Assembly: GCA_027604505.1 (NCBI GenBank)
Contig: JADIIX010000099.1
Location: forward strand, 1-64,000
Length of the DNA stretch: 64,000 nt
Origin: Gonapodya sp. JEL0774
Taxonomy: Eukaryota
Reading direction: 5' to 3'
Shown: positions 28,705-42,568 of the stretch, piece by piece
Numbering within the stretch: position 1 is the stretch's first letter
How the letters are laid out: each line of letters begins with the position of its first letter
Program-made: the position numbers and the translations under genes
The notes under the pieces: generated by a model
What the model saw: only the letters and a program-made list of their open reading frames with translations
The model's database searches: none
Told to the model about the DNA's origin: nothing

Positions 28705-30440
28705 ATGAAAACTCGACGAAAGCGCGCCGTGGGCTCTTCTGGAGTGTCCGCTGCCCCGACGCCTCGCCCAGCGACCTTTACTGTTCAGGATCTTCTGCCC
28801 CGCGTCGCATCTCTGCTTCACTCACTCGATTACCCATCAGCTATTCTCTTTGTTCGCAAAGCTGTCGCTCTGCGTCCAGAGGACCCCAGAATACTTGATT
28901 TGGCCGGACGCGTGGCGCTGGAAGTGGGAGAGGTAGACGAGGCTCGTGAGCGGTTCGTCAAGGCGGAGGAGCTGGACCCTACACCTGCGGATGGTACTGG
29001 CGAACGTACGATGAATGCGTTTTTGGGGAATGTGGAAGAAGACAAGGCTTGGAGCGACCCTGTTCTGCGGGCTGCCCCTTGGACTCGCTGTATGTGTCTC
29101 GGGCAGCTGGTAACCGGCACCGAAGCCGCCAGCTGGTTCCAAAAGGGCCTGGCAATGTTAGAGAGCAGGATTGCAGAATTGGAGAAAGAAAATGGATTAG
29201 CTCCAGGTGCTCTAGCAAACGGGCGCTCTGACGGGACAATGGTACCCCCGATTACCCCGGCGTCCGACCAGGAAGATCCACTCACTACTCTCAGATCTGA
29301 AGCTGCTTCAGCGTTATGTGGACTTGTCGAACTCTACATGACAGACCTGTGGTGAGTTATGCATCATGCAGCACCTTGTTCGATTTGTCCTGCGAGTCGC
29401 CACAGGCGAGCACGAGAATTCACCGGAGGGCTGGAGAAGAGTACCAAAAGAAGTCAACCGTGCCGCGCTAATGTTGGAGAGACTGTTGGGAATAGGATGC
29501 TCAGTCAGGTTCGCATTGTTGGATTGAGCATTCACGGCTCGCAGTATCTTGGTTCTCACTGGTTCGTGGTTTTCGCGAGCTGCGGACCCCGATTTCACCT
29601 CCCACTATCCGCTCACTACCACACAGTGATGAACCACTGGCCGAACAGCTTGCCTCCACTTACGCTCACCGAGCACTCCACCACGCGCCTCACTCCCCAG
29701 AAGCCCTCCAAACCCTTGCATCCCTCCTCATCACCCAACAGCGCCCAAATGAAGCCCGTGAAGTTGCCAAACGAGCCCTAGCGGGCTGGCTCGACTCGGT
29801 CATCACGGCGCTTGACGGCGCAGAAGCTGCCGTCGCCCCAGTGGATCCCTCCTCCGCCACTTTGGACATGGCAATGCCGCCCTACCCCTCTCGCCTCTCT
29901 CTTGCCAAACTCCTCATTGAACTGGATGACCTCCCGCGTGCGTTTGACGTTCTTCGAACTTGTGTCGCCGAGGACGACGAGCAAATGGAGGGGTGGTACG
30001 TATGGGGCTGGGGATACTATTTGGCAGGAATGAAGGTTGGTGCGGAAGAGGGGGGCGCCGGTGCCAGCACTGCCAGCGCTGGGGAGGAAAGGACTCGATC
30101 CGAGTGGTTTGCTGATGCGCGGGACTGTTTCCGCCAATTGGAGAAACTTTACGGGCGCTATCGCCGACAACACGAGGAAGAGAAGCGGTCCGCGGTGGGT
30201 TCGGTGGATGGTGCCGTTGGGAACGGAATGGACGAGGGTGAGGAGGTGGATGAGGAACTCGCCGCGTTTACTGCAATGGTGACTCATGCTACAGAACTGC
30301 TTCAGGAGATGGAAAAGCTGGGGGGGTTTGCGGAAGGAGAGGACGAGGATGGAGACAACGGAGAGGACGGAGACGATGCCTGGGAGGAATTGGAGACGGG
30401 AGAGGACGGAGATGGAGATGAGGAAATGGAGGAGGCTTGA
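28705..30440 (+). CDS. ACL4: TPR-like assembly chaperone of ribosomal protein L4
   Basis: ALCGLVELYMTDL|C, PEALQTLASL, PPYPSRLSLAKLLIEL, DDEQMEGWYVWGW and an acidic tail; one intron ~29352-29625. Confidence 0.8.
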
Positions 30441-32951
30441 ATACTCCAGGGCGTTCTGTAACTAATATTTGAGCTCATTGTAGACCTTTACAGTTGGCGA
30501 TTGTAATTTACGTCTGTCGGTCATCGCAATGAACTCGTTCGCAAGAAGCAAAGTGAGCCTCATACCCAGCCACCTGGAAATTTATTATGACTTTCCACTC
30601 TCTTGGAGACCTTGTTGTCTGCACATAAGCAACTCCCGCGAACGCCACCTCAAAAATGGTGACGCATTCATGAAGATGCCATTCGGGGAGTGCAAATACA
30701 TCAAATAGTGGAGTAAATCACGTCCTTACATTACGGTTGCTCGCTTTCTAAACGAGATGATCGCAGCGAGATGAACACGGTTGAGATTTGTTTTAAACGT
30801 GCACCGTGAGTCTGGGTGGACAGCTCGGGACAAAGAGGGGACATGGTGCTCCTCTTGTCCTGCTCTTTCAAAAAGAAACAAATCTCATTGAGACCTCCAA
30901 GTTGTTTGCTTTTCCTTGGTGAGGAGAATGAGCTGGCTCTTTAACACGAAATCGTTTTCACGGACAACCCGCTGTGGTGGATGTTTCATCTTTTGACAGA
31001 GCAACAGCGAGAAGCGGCAAAATAGGGCTCACAAAGTTATCATAAGAATCTACAAGTTCACGAACAGAACATGGGAGAGCTAAACTTCATCAAGGTCCAT
31101 GACACTCGCGCTTACACGCGGAACTGGAGGACATGGGCTGGTTCAAGGAAAACTACTGTCGGTTCGAGGAACGGCGGTGCATCTATCCGACTCTTCTGTT
31201 GTGTGTTTGACCTGGATCCACTCTGGTCTGCATCGGCATTCGACCAGGTGCGGACGGTGGGAGGAACCCAGTTTGGAGACCTGGGCCACGTCAGCGGTCG
31301 ACTGCTGTTGTTTTGACCAGGTTGAACCACGCCACGGCTCACAGCGAGTGGAGGGAGGTCTAGTCGTGGGAAAGCTCTGTCGTCGCGAACCAGGTGTTGA
31401 GTGCCAGCTGTTTGTTCAAGGATACGTCGTGGAACCGAAACTCGCTTTTGCAAACGTGGTACTGGAGTTATCCAGACTCACAGTACCCATCATCTCTTGA
31501 ATCTCTTGAGTGGAGATACGGATCACGTCTTGATGACGACGAGACTCCGCGTTGTGAACGCGAGCCCTCAGTATCCTCTCGAGGTGGACTCCTCTCCCTG
31601 TTGGACGCGGTTGCGCGATTACATGTCTTGAGTCGATGTCGAGCGAGTACGTCTGCCTCCAATCCAAGAACTCTATTCATACTCATGCCCCTTGACTTGA
31701 GAAGGCAGTGCGCTCACCTTTGCGCGTGAATAATTTCATACAGTCGCGGCACAGAAATGTTCTCTCTCGAAGGCTACGTTTGGAGCTCGAAGCGTTCACG
31801 GCAGGGAGAAGAGGGGACATTGAACGGCAGGAGCGATTCGCTGTACGAGTGCATGGACTCCTTGCCGGGGATGTGAGCTTCAGTGCTTATGAGTTTCGCG
31901 TTCCTTGGGACATTGGGTTCTTTGTGCTCAGGTTCCCGCCAAAGGCTTTTGGCGCTTTGTGGTACCGTACATCCATAACCCCTTCTCTCACCAATCTGGT
32001 GCAATCTTTCTAACGTTCTCTTTGAGTTGGTTCCTAATGTGCTTTGAATCAGATGTCACTCGATGATTTAGGGAATTATTTGGCCTACTATAGGGTTGAC
32101 AGTATGATAATGGTGCTCGATTTGATGATGAAAGGCTCTCAAGAGAGATTCCACGCAAATGAAATCTTTGGCATTATTGAAATGGAAGACTTCCAACCAA
32201 ACTACAATACTTTGAAATCCTTGTCAGCTTTGTCTCCCTCCGACATTCTCCGCGATCGGTGACGGACCCGCTCTCCTTTGGCGTACTAAAAATCAGGCCG
32301 CCAACATGATCAGCCGGTGATCCCTGGTCGCAAAATTGCTTTCTTGACTGCCGGTTCAAAAATCTTATGTGAAAATATTTAATGTGACCGCAGGGTCGGA
32401 AAAACATGTGAATATAGTTTTATGTCTTGATGAGCGACAAGGGGACGCTCATCATAACCCGCGGGATAAAACCCGCCGCACATTCCTCCGACCGCGCCGG
32501 AAAGTCCGGATTCCAATTGGTTAATACCGGGAGTTTTGATTGCCAAGGAGAAAGAAGAACTTCGATAAACGACAGTCTCCGTCCGGTTAGTGATACATAT
32601 GTAAGTATGACGGAGCCCGTCAGTACCGCCGCCACCAGAAGAAACTCACCGAAAAGAGAACGTAGTAAAATGAGAGAATCAGTGATATCTATGCCGTATA
32701 AGTAAACATGGTTTTGCACTCATCCATTCCCATGGTCTGACACTCGCAGAATACTGTATTCGGCGCTGCAGCAGTGGACTTAGTGGACTTTCACTACTTG
32801 GTTACTCTCAATGAATCCTCGTAATTGTATCTGCAAATACATATCAATCACCACCTAGCAACTTACGAACATACACCACCACGCCCTCTGGGCGCTTAAT
32901 TAATTCAGATCGGTTCCAAGTCTAAGACCAGGATTCCACCGACATCGACTG

Positions 32952-34944
32952 TTACATCTTCTCCTTTATAACCCCAGCCAAATGCCGTTCGTCTGCCATC
33001 TGTGCCTCGCTCATAACCAACGGGGTAACCAGACTCGTTTTAGCCCTCGTGCTCTCCAGGACGCGCACGCCCGCATCGGGCCGCTCCCGCCAGCGGAAAA
33101 GATCTGTATACGGGGTGCGACGTCGATGGAAGACGTCTAAGAAGATGGTGTCCAGGACAGGAGCGAACTGAGTATGCGAGATCAAACCAGGAGTCGGATG
33201 AAAATAAAATAGACAGCACCGAGAAGGCCGCACTGACCTTGAAAGCATGACCCGATCCGCCGGTTGCAACCTGCTCGGGCAAACGCAACGGAACGTCAAG
33301 ACATAAATCTAACGTCTATGGCATCCCACTTGAAACCCAGTAATCGCACTGCACAACATCTCACCATGACCGAGCTTCCCCATCCTGGTACGTAGTCGAC
33401 GTAAAAATGTCCGTCCCACGCGTCCGTGTACCAGCACAACCTGGTCTCGTGTATTCTCATACCCGCCAGCTCCGGAAACGCTGCGTCTACAAACGTGCGG
33501 TACTCCAGCAAAGTTTGCAAAGGTATGGTGAGACCTGCGTCCGTCACCGAGGTTCGGGGTACTGAGACGGTGCGCGTTGGAGATAAAGGGACTGGGTTGA
33601 CGCAGCCTGGACCGTGGTTGGAGATTTTAAGGAGGTTCGGGGTCGATGGATTGAGGGGAAAGCCCTGTGTTGCGTGTAGAATTCACAAAAGTTAGGTGGC
33701 GGATCGAGTTGTTGAATGTGAAATAACGCTTCAAACGCACGTAGTACCCAGTGGTAGAAATGTCCGCAAACCAGACGGGAAACTTGTCGCCCGAGTACTT
33801 TGGGGCCAGGTTCGGTGGCAATTGGAAGTGGATAACCGATTGGCCGGTCGCGACAAGCTTTCCGTCTAGTTCGGGGACTATGCGAATGTGTGAAGGTGGA
33901 GGTAGTGCGTTCGAGTTCAATGTGAGTGAAAAGCTGGTTCAATTCGGAAGAATCGGATGGGAAACCAGTACGGCGACATACCCAATGAAGGCGTCCACTG
34001 TAGTGAAGCGGAGTCAGTCTCTGAAGAAAAGTCAGTAAAACGCATTCTCATGGGTTTACTGTACGTACCGCTCCACATGCGAGGACGATAAGGTCCCCTT
34101 CATGCTTAGTGCCGTCAACGGCGACGACACCAGTGGCCTTGCCCTGGGGCCCCTTGACGATACTCTTGACGGCACCAGCCTTACCGCAAACAAACTTGAC
34201 GCCCATGGAGCGTGCTGTTTCGGCCATGCGTTCGACGACCTTGGAGGAGAGCGCGTATCCGCCGATTCTATCGTTGTTTGGTGGGATTTGGGATCGCTTT
34301 TCCCGTGAGAAAAAGAGGAAATATGTTGATAGCTCGTCAAGACTCACTTATTGTAATAGCCATCAACATATTTGATGTTTGCGGGTGAGTTTCCCCATGT
34401 CGGGAAACGCTTTTCCACAGGATTGGGTTTCAGAATCTGCCCAGCTTTGAATAGCTTGCAAATTTTTGATTATTCAGGCATGATAAAACCTCTAGTAAGT
34501 TGAGTATAGAGATTTTGAATCACATTGAAGAAATGCACCCACTTCCCCATCACCGACAACTTGCTCCCGGTTCAGGCGCTCTACACTCCCTAACAATCCA
34601 AGCTCCTTGATGCCAAGAAGACTGTTTCTCTCAAAGTCGGTGTCTTCTAGTCTCCGTGTTGAGAGACAGACCACACCAGTTTCGTGGAAGAGAGGTTGCT
34701 TTCCACAATCAACGGCTTCCGTGTTCCAGACTCGAAACTTTTCGATTGCTCTGAGCGCGAGTCGTGCATACAAGCGATCGTTCCCATAATCTAATCTGAC
34801 AACTTTTGAGATGTCGGTAGAGCTGGCATCTTTTGCAGGAATGGTTTCTGACCGCTCGAGGACCAGGACTGAGTGACCTTCCGATTGAAGAGCGCAAGCG
34901 GAAGAAAGGCCAAAGATGCCAGAGCCAACGACAATTACGCGCAT
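32952..34944 (-). CDS. FAD-dependent oxidoreductase (sarcosine/pipecolate/fructosyl-amino acid oxidase family)
   Basis: VIVVGSGIFGLSSA (GxGxxG), ASSTDISKVVRLDYG, TRLCWYTDAWDGHF, VATGGSGHAFK. Confidence 0.88.
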
Positions 34945-35278
34945 CGAATTATTTTCAGCACAAGTGGAAGCAGGGAATGGGGGGATGGGGCGCAGATGAA
35001 AATTCTGATCATGCCTCCCAGTATGCGGGTATAATGTTGACCCGTTCATTTCAGTCGTTACTTTTCTCGTCCTCCAATGACCATTCAAACGTGTCCGCTA
35101 TTTTTAGTTGCATTTGTCTCAAATAGCACATGATATGCAGTCGGTCCCACCAAAGAAATAAGGAAAGTTGATGTTGGTGTTGCTGGGTACCAATAGCTGT
35201 GGTGACTGTCCACATAACAATATTCAACGAAATTTCTGAACTGGAACCTCCATTCATCCTATAGCACAGCCCTGCACC

Positions 35279-37175
35279 ATGGCGACACTCTCACCTGCTC
35301 TGCTGACAAAGCTGAAAACCAATCTGAAGCTTTCCGTGGAACGACTCAAACTCGTCCACGGGAAAAAGATGGCCCAGAACAAGGCCGCGGCGCGGGAGAT
35401 CGGGGATTTGTTGAGACAAGGCAAGAGGGAGAGCGCGAGGATTCGGGTGCGTACGCGCACCGTGTAAATTCCGGGAGGGGCAGGCAGTTGGTTGTGTGGC
35501 AGATTCTGATAACCTCTCTGCTTGATGTATTCAGGTCGAGAACATCATCAGGGAAGACTACTTCATGGAGGCACTGGAGATAATGGAGATATATTGTGAC
35601 GTGTTGCTCACTCGATTTGGCCTGATCGAGTCCCTTAGGTGGGCGTTGCGGTTGGACAAAGGAGATTCCCGTCATTTCGATCAAAGGAACGAGGAACTGG
35701 GAACGTTTCGATGCCCCCGGAATATCTGTCTTTCGTACGACTGGGAACGTAATTTGGGGGAGCATTGGGACCCACCCAAGTGGTTCCAGACTTCCGGCTG
35801 CTGGACCAGCACCTGACGAGGAATGCCGCTAAGCGCTTAAGAGGCCGGTGCCTGTAGCTCAGCGGACCAATTCAAAACGTCACGGGATGCTGTTCTACTC
35901 CATCCCCGTGGTTTTTGAAGTTACTATTCCCCCAACGCACTCCACCTTTGCCCTGGACTCATTCCCATAATTTGAAGACGCCTGGACCCCGCAATCGAAG
36001 AGGCCGTTCATACAGTAATCTATGCTGCGCCGCGGTTAGCTGATATCAGGGAGTTGATGGTAGTGAGTAGGGAGTCCTGTGAGATTGCATCTCAATAGCA
36101 AACGAACGGATCAACTCGCATAAGTGCGGCCAAATGAATAAGGAGTACGTGGATAAAAGTGTGGAGTTCTTACTCACTTCATATGGGGTCACGGAACCAA
36201 TCACATCTCATGTGATCCCCGTCCCGCGAGTTGCCTTTTGACCGGAGCCGCGCGTTTAGGCTCCACCATAAATTGCACGGACTGATTTTGATGAGCTTCA
36301 CGGGCTCGGAACCTAAGTGTGTGTGTTGTGTGGTAGCGAAAAACTTCGTATCCCACTGACCCATTTTTAACCGCTTGCAATCTGTCATATCTGTGTTTTC
36401 ACGAACTTTACATGGGTACCTTCTCAAGATTCGCGATATCTTGATTGTCAAATTTGGTAAGGACGTTGGGGTTTTGGCGAGCGAGAATCGGTATGAGACA
36501 GTAAGCACAAAGGTGAGCAATGGAGACTGAAAACTTGATGAGTAACCCTTTTTCTGTTGTTGACCCTCTCTCTGAATATACCTTCTAACAATATCGCGGT
36601 GCATTTAGATTGTCACTAAACTCCAACTCCAAACTCCTCCCTTATCCCTCGTACAATCCTACCTCATCCAAATCGCCAAGCAATACGGCGTTCCCTACGA
36701 CCCGGACCCGGTTGACGACGGTCTGGACGAGTTCGGCACAGATGCCGTGCTGCTAACGGAACCAAATTTGGTGGGGTTGCCGACGCAAACGCCCTCAGAA
36801 TCTGCACCCACCTCTTCACCAGCCGCACTGAGCGCACCTACCAGAGGAGCTGCAGCGGGCCAGTCGAAACCTGCGGTGACAGCAAAGCAGACTTCCGGAC
36901 CGACTTATCCATTCAACAGTGCCGGTAGCTTTGAGATTGGGCCGGCTGTGGGTGCCGGAATGCCTGGCGCACGGCCTGGATCAGGGGCAGGGGCAGGGGA
37001 ATATGGAGGGTACAGTGGTGGATCTACAACTGGTGGAAGTGATCCGGATTATGAGAGTTTGCTCCGACGTGAGTTGCTACCATATGTCGTCGTTCCTCCT
37101 TGACACAGGGCGACAGTGACCGGTATGCGTGCGTGTTTCTTCCAAACAGGATTTGAGGCTTTGAAGAGAGGATAA
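35279..37175 (+). CDS. IST1: ESCRT-III-associated Vps4 regulator Ist1
   Basis: KLKTNLKLSVERLKL, ARIR|VENIIREDY..EALEIMEIYCDVLLTRFGLI, LDPAIEEAVHTVIYAAPR; C-terminal MIM-type DYESLLRRFEALKRG*. Confidence 0.92.
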
Positions 37176-37641
37176 TGGCGAGAACTTGACCAATTATAAA
37201 TTCCGAATTCTCAAATATTTGAAAGAACGTATGACTGGGAAGTTGATTCCAGAGTCCCTTATGTAGATGTGTGATGAGGCCATCTTTCGTTTTGACAACC
37301 TGCGCCAGGGACAACACAATAGTTCGGTCCACCAACCACTACCCATCCGAAAATTCTACTCGGGGTTCCATTGAGAAGCGTCGCGTAGAAGGTGGGACGT
37401 GATAAAGTCGGGTAAGCGTGCGAGAAACTGCGAGTGATCATCTGGGCACCAAGACAGACCTGTCGATGGGGGACTGATTGGCATTAGCCGAGTCTTGTTC
37501 GCGTACACTCGAGAACCCGCTCTTCTCCTTCAATAAGGAGTACCGCGCGAGCTTCTGTCTAGGGAATTTGGCCCCCATAAGTGTGTCCGAATGAACTCAC
37601 AATGATCGTCCAATTTCGACTTCACCTTCTCACAGGCGACA

Positions 37642-40618
37642 ATGAAAGACGAAGATAATACCCTCCGTGGGGCGTGCTGGGAGGTCTGCTGCAAATTTTG
37701 AACACTGTCTTCCGTGGTCAAAATCCACTCACCCGTACCTACGACCATCCAAGTGTGACTGCCCAGAATATGCCCACGTTGCTGCTGCTCTCCATTGTGG
37801 TGACTGTGGGCATCTCGTCACTCACCATGCGGTCGTAGACCGCCTCACACCCATTCCGCCAGTCATCATGTCTGACGGTGCTGGAGGTACTGTGTACGGC
37901 ACCCCTTTACCAATGTCCATGACCATGCAGCAGCATCAACATTTCATGATGCAGCAACAAATGATGATGGCGGGCGGAGCCACGCCGCATTTGGGATCTC
38001 TAATGCCGTCCTATGCGGCGACTGGCGTCCCCTTCCAATCTGCCAGACCTTTTGGATCGCCTGCCGGTATGAACGAGTCACTTCACCCTACTATGTACCA
38101 GATGGAGCCTATGGGCCACACCTCAAATCCCGTCTCTGGAGTTGAAGAATGGAGAACTGTGATGCAACGTTCTGATATGGTCAAGGGCACGAACAAGGAA
38201 ACCTCAGAAGTCAGCCAGGTGATTGCGGAACAGGACTCAACACCGCCTCCGCCGGGTGTGCAGTCAAACTCCGTGGCTGTACAGGAGCTGAGGCGCCGTG
38301 AGTTCGGCCCGTTAGACCTTCGTCACGTTTGAGCTCCCTACTTTGCGTACCGGTCGAAGCTCATCGCAATGTTATCCTTATCTCCTTGGTGGCAAATAGG
38401 AAAACACAATCCATCTGATGCCAGCCAGTCCAGCTCCACCTCGGCTGCTCTTACGCCTTGCGAGGCAACCATGGAACCGGTTCAAGCAAATTGCCCAACA
38501 ACCTCCCCAACGCTGCCCGCTCACTTTAGTGTCCTTTTTATCCTCCATATTAGCGTTTGGCTTGCCGCAGTATCATACCTCTTGTTCACAAGGGACCCAG
38601 TGACAAAATTCGGAAGTAAAACCGGACGCAAAGAGTGCCAAGGATCAGGAGCGGAGAAACTTATGGAAAGGTTTGGAGTATTCGGTGCGGTGAGTTTGCT
38701 TGATGTAAAGAAGATTTACTGAGCCGTACAAACACACGAGATAACGCTATTCCTCTTCGGTGCGCTCCTCCCGCGCTCCAACGGGACTATCGGCGCTTGC
38801 TAGACCGTAATGGTTCTTAGCACGCTCGTGGCAGGGTGGATATCCGTTCGTGGTATTTCTGCACACAGGAGGGCCTTGGCCAGAGTGGTGGCAGCAGTGA
38901 GTTTCAGTCACTGTATACCACTGGTCGGTACTGTGGAGCTTGCAGTTTACTAAGTCCTGCGTCTACACACACAAGTCACTGGTTCTATCAACAATTCCGT
39001 ATTTCCTTCCTGTGATTTCCACCCTCCCAATTACTCCACTGCACCTTCTTAAAGGCATATCCCCGATATATCAGTCTGTTCTCGCCGTTTCTCGCACCGT
39101 TTCTTCAGCACTCCTCCTTCTCTTTCTATCGGCTCTTCCCTCCACGGCGACTGGCCGTGATACTGTTCCTATGTTGTCTCTCTATCTCTCCTCCATTGCC
39201 GCCATTTTCTCCATCAGTGCTTCTGCCCCTTGGCGACATCTGTTGTTTGTATTTTCGATTGCGGGACATGCTTCTGTCGTCAAAGCCGTTGCGAGGTTTA
39301 TGGATGGACAATTCTGGGGAATGGCAACGTGGATACGAGTACCGGTGAAATTTGGTCTCGTGGTGAGCTGGTCAGGCTGGCATGTCGGTTTCTTTTGTAA
39401 GTCGAATCGGTTTGTCGACGGATTACACAACTAATCTCTCTCTTCCCGGCGTCAACACCCCATTGTGTTAGTGCATATCGTCGGCATTATATCTCACGAA
39501 CGATATGAAAACACCGTCGTGGTGGCGGATGTGGTGGCCAGAATTGTTTTGGTGTGTGCTTGACAAAAGGTTGTTCCTTGGTGGTTCACGCGGTCTGTTT
39601 ACGCAACAATCCTAATGACGACAGCCGCTATTAATACTCGTGACTTATACAAACCAACAAAGTGGAGCACTCGATGAACCAAGAGCACAAAATGAAATCA
39701 CTATGGAGGACAAAATAGGCACTGCGATGGATGGTCTGCTGCGAAGTGCGTCGATCCCTAAACAGTGAGCCATATAATCCGTGCTTAGAGTCCGTGGCAT
39801 TGTGGAAAGTGTATTGCGTTATCTACCCCGGGTGCCACAATCAGAGTGCTCGAAGCATTCGAAGCCGGCGACAATGCGCCCAAGTGGTCCATCAGGACTC
39901 ACGATACAGCTGCTGTGGTGATCGTTCGGATAGCAAATTACGCGGTTTTGGAAGCAAAACTCGAAGTGAGTGGCCCTAAATCTCACACGTGCTCACGCCC
40001 AACCACTGCATACCTCCTCACTCAATTCGCTCACAGTCAAAGGGAATTGAATCTTTTTTTGCCAAGTTTAAGGCTGTATATGCTAGTCTGGGCGCCGAGC
40101 GCGGCGTTATAAGCATAGATGTGAACCCCGGCACTTGGGCAGCGGTGGCTGGCTATTGTGTCGGCGAAGTCAAAGAAATGAGCCCGTCATACGCGGTAGA
40201 CTTTGCCGTCGAATTGATGAACAAAATGAAAGAAACGAAAGTGATTATGGGTGCGAAAGGTGAGATGGCGACTTCGATTGAACTTGTAATTGGGGTTACG
40301 ACTGGTGAGTCAAGGTCAAAAGAATCCCATTTCCACACCTTAAAATACAATGTGCATTGTTTAGGATCCATCACGGTGGGAGAGACAGAAGGACGCGTTT
40401 GCGCTGCAGGTCCTCCTCTCGACAATGCGTGTTTAGCAGTTCAGATGACCAAGCACTGCGGTATCTTCGTCGATGAGTCAACGTTCGAAGCCATCAAGGA
40501 TAACCCAAAATTCAGAATGAGTGGCCCGGAGATTATTGAGCGGAAAGGAGACCGAGCAATGACAACTTATCACGTCGATCTGCGATTGACAACAGAGGAA
40601 ATTGAAGTGCTTCCATAG
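37642..40618 (+). CDS. RGC paralog A: rhodopsin-cyclase-like protein with retinal Lys->Arg and a pseudo-cyclase domain
   Basis: Starts MKDEDNTLRGACWE|CDCPEY..CGDCGHLVTHH like B-D. Exons splice in frame at paralog-equivalent positions. Helix G reads ADVVARIVL; the cyclase-like C-terminus ends FRMSGPEIIERKGDRAMTTYHV. Confidence 0.8.
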
Positions 40619-40815
40619 GAGTGAAGAATAGCCTTAGTACATGGACATTGTGCTCTAGTAACTTGTTTACTGGCTCATTGTCTTAGAACATGGGAGCTTG
40701 AAGTAGCGTTGTATTGTGTTCGTGTGATGCACCGGTTCATGTAACACCTTTGTGGTTGACCGAGACACTAGTCGCCCATCACCTGCTCTGAGAGTTTACA
40801 CAGCATACAATTCCA

Positions 40816-42378
40816 TTACTCGGGAGACGTAACTTTCTTGGGCCTCTTTGAAACATCCTCAACCACTAGTTCTCCCCTTTCCCGACGAGCCTTGATCTGG
40901 TCAAGAATAATCTTTCCCCCACCTGTTTCAATCTTTTCAACGATCTGATCGGCCAGCTTCTTTGCAGACTTAACATCCCTTGTAAATGCCTCATCTGGGT
41001 ATCCTTCAACCGCCTCGGAAACGTCTGCGAGAACAGCTTCGCCCTCCGCCCTAACTTCCTCCACCCCATCAAGGGTCCACACGGCTGCAATAACTCGTAG
41101 AACCCTCCCACCATCAGCGCCGGCAATAATGTTGGTCCTCACTCCTAGGGGTACGCTGCACCCTCCTTCTAACCGCCTCATGATCTGACGCTCGCACTCA
41201 ACACGGACGCGAGTGGGACGATGTTCTAGAGAGCTTATAATCGAGACAGTGCGGGCATCGCGATTTGGGTCACGATCATTTGTTTCAGCCGCTAATCCGT
41301 CAAGTTCGACGGATGAATCACCAGAAGCAGCCAGGATACCCGATAGCGTGGTGCCACCGGCAGGATCACGGCACTCAACGGCCAGAGCACCTTGACCGAC
41401 AGCGTAAAGCGACTCTGTGTCCTCTAGAGTGTAGGAGATGACGCTTTGGAGGTCCAGTCGGAGGAGCCCGGAGCGGGCAAGGAGAAGAGCAGAGAAGGCA
41501 GGGAAGGCAGGGTCGGACGATGGTGTGTTAAGCTTAGAGAGACGGGTGAGAACGTTGCCGCGCTAGTAGACAGGCAGAAGGGTTTATTCAGGTGGAAGGA
41601 ATTGGGGATTAAATCTCAATTAGAGTGTGATTCGGTGATTCCCCAAAAAGAGAATCCTAATAACAGCGATTAAGCTACCGACTCGCTATCCGGTCGCAAG
41701 AGAGTATGGAGGAGTATGGAAGGGCTCGCGAGGATCTTCGAGTCCGATTGCAGCGTCCCACTCTCCGCTGTCAGAAGTTCTCCTTCGGCAGTGGTCCTTT
41801 CAACTCACCACATCCCTGAACACGAGATTCGGAAATTTGCGTTTCATTTGAGCGCATCTTCGGACACTGCTGGTGCCAATAACTGCGCCGTCCGGGAGGT
41901 CTTCGAGTCGTGTGATGTGAGGAGAGTCCCGCTTAATAGCGTCACTAAGCACTACACAGTCTCTGGGGTCTTCCCTCTCCAACACTGCAGCCAGTAACAT
42001 TCCCTTGGGTAACGTCGTAGGAACGTCTTTCAAGGAATGTACAACGAGATCTGCTGTGCCCGCATGAAGAGCCAGTTCAAGCTCCTTTGTGAACAGCGCT
42101 TTAGCGCCGATTTTTGAAAGAGCAACATCAAGTACTTTATCTCCAGTCGTTGCCATGGACCGGACATCGAAGGAATATTGGGGGAATCGGTTGAGGAGTT
42201 GGTTGATCACGAGATCCGTCTGCACAAGAGCCAACTTGGAGTTACGGGATCCAACATGGAATGCTGTATCGGAGTCTTTTAAAGGCATTGGTTGGTTTGT
42301 CCCATTGCCGTCGATTCCATTGATTCCAACGATTGCAGAAGAAGACGGCTCTCTGCTTCCGGTTACGGACGTTGCCAT
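40816..42378 (-). CDS. HEM3: Porphobilinogen deaminase (hydroxymethylbilane synthase)
   Basis: GSRNSKLALVQT, GDKVLDVALSKIG.K.LFTKELE, VHSLKDVP, REDPRD, GTSSVRR, AVGQGALAVECR, LEGGCSVPLG. Confidence 0.95.
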
Positions 42379-42568
42379 GGCGAATCGGTCGAAAATTGAC
42401 AAGCGTAAGGCGCCAGGCCGGTAAGTTTATGTATACTACAGCGGTCGCGGATCGAAAGCTGCGGGATAGGTTGTTTGAAAAGGCGATTCGCTTGGCTGTT
42501 CGTTTGGCGTTGTATCACCAACAACGGAGGCACACTCGAGATTTCATTCTTCATCTCCCATCAACTAA

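Noticed and set aside
30800..32750. Short ORFs between ACL4 and the FAD oxidase
   Set aside because: No recognisable product or coherent exon chain
35640..36430. Two long IST1 introns with hairpins and motifs loosely resembling RNase P P4 (ggaacgtttcga / ttcaaaacgt), box C/D, or a hammerhead core (ctgacgag)
   Set aside because: The motifs are incomplete or mismatched and the other conserved regions were not found; an Infernal/Rfam scan is needed before calling an ncRNA
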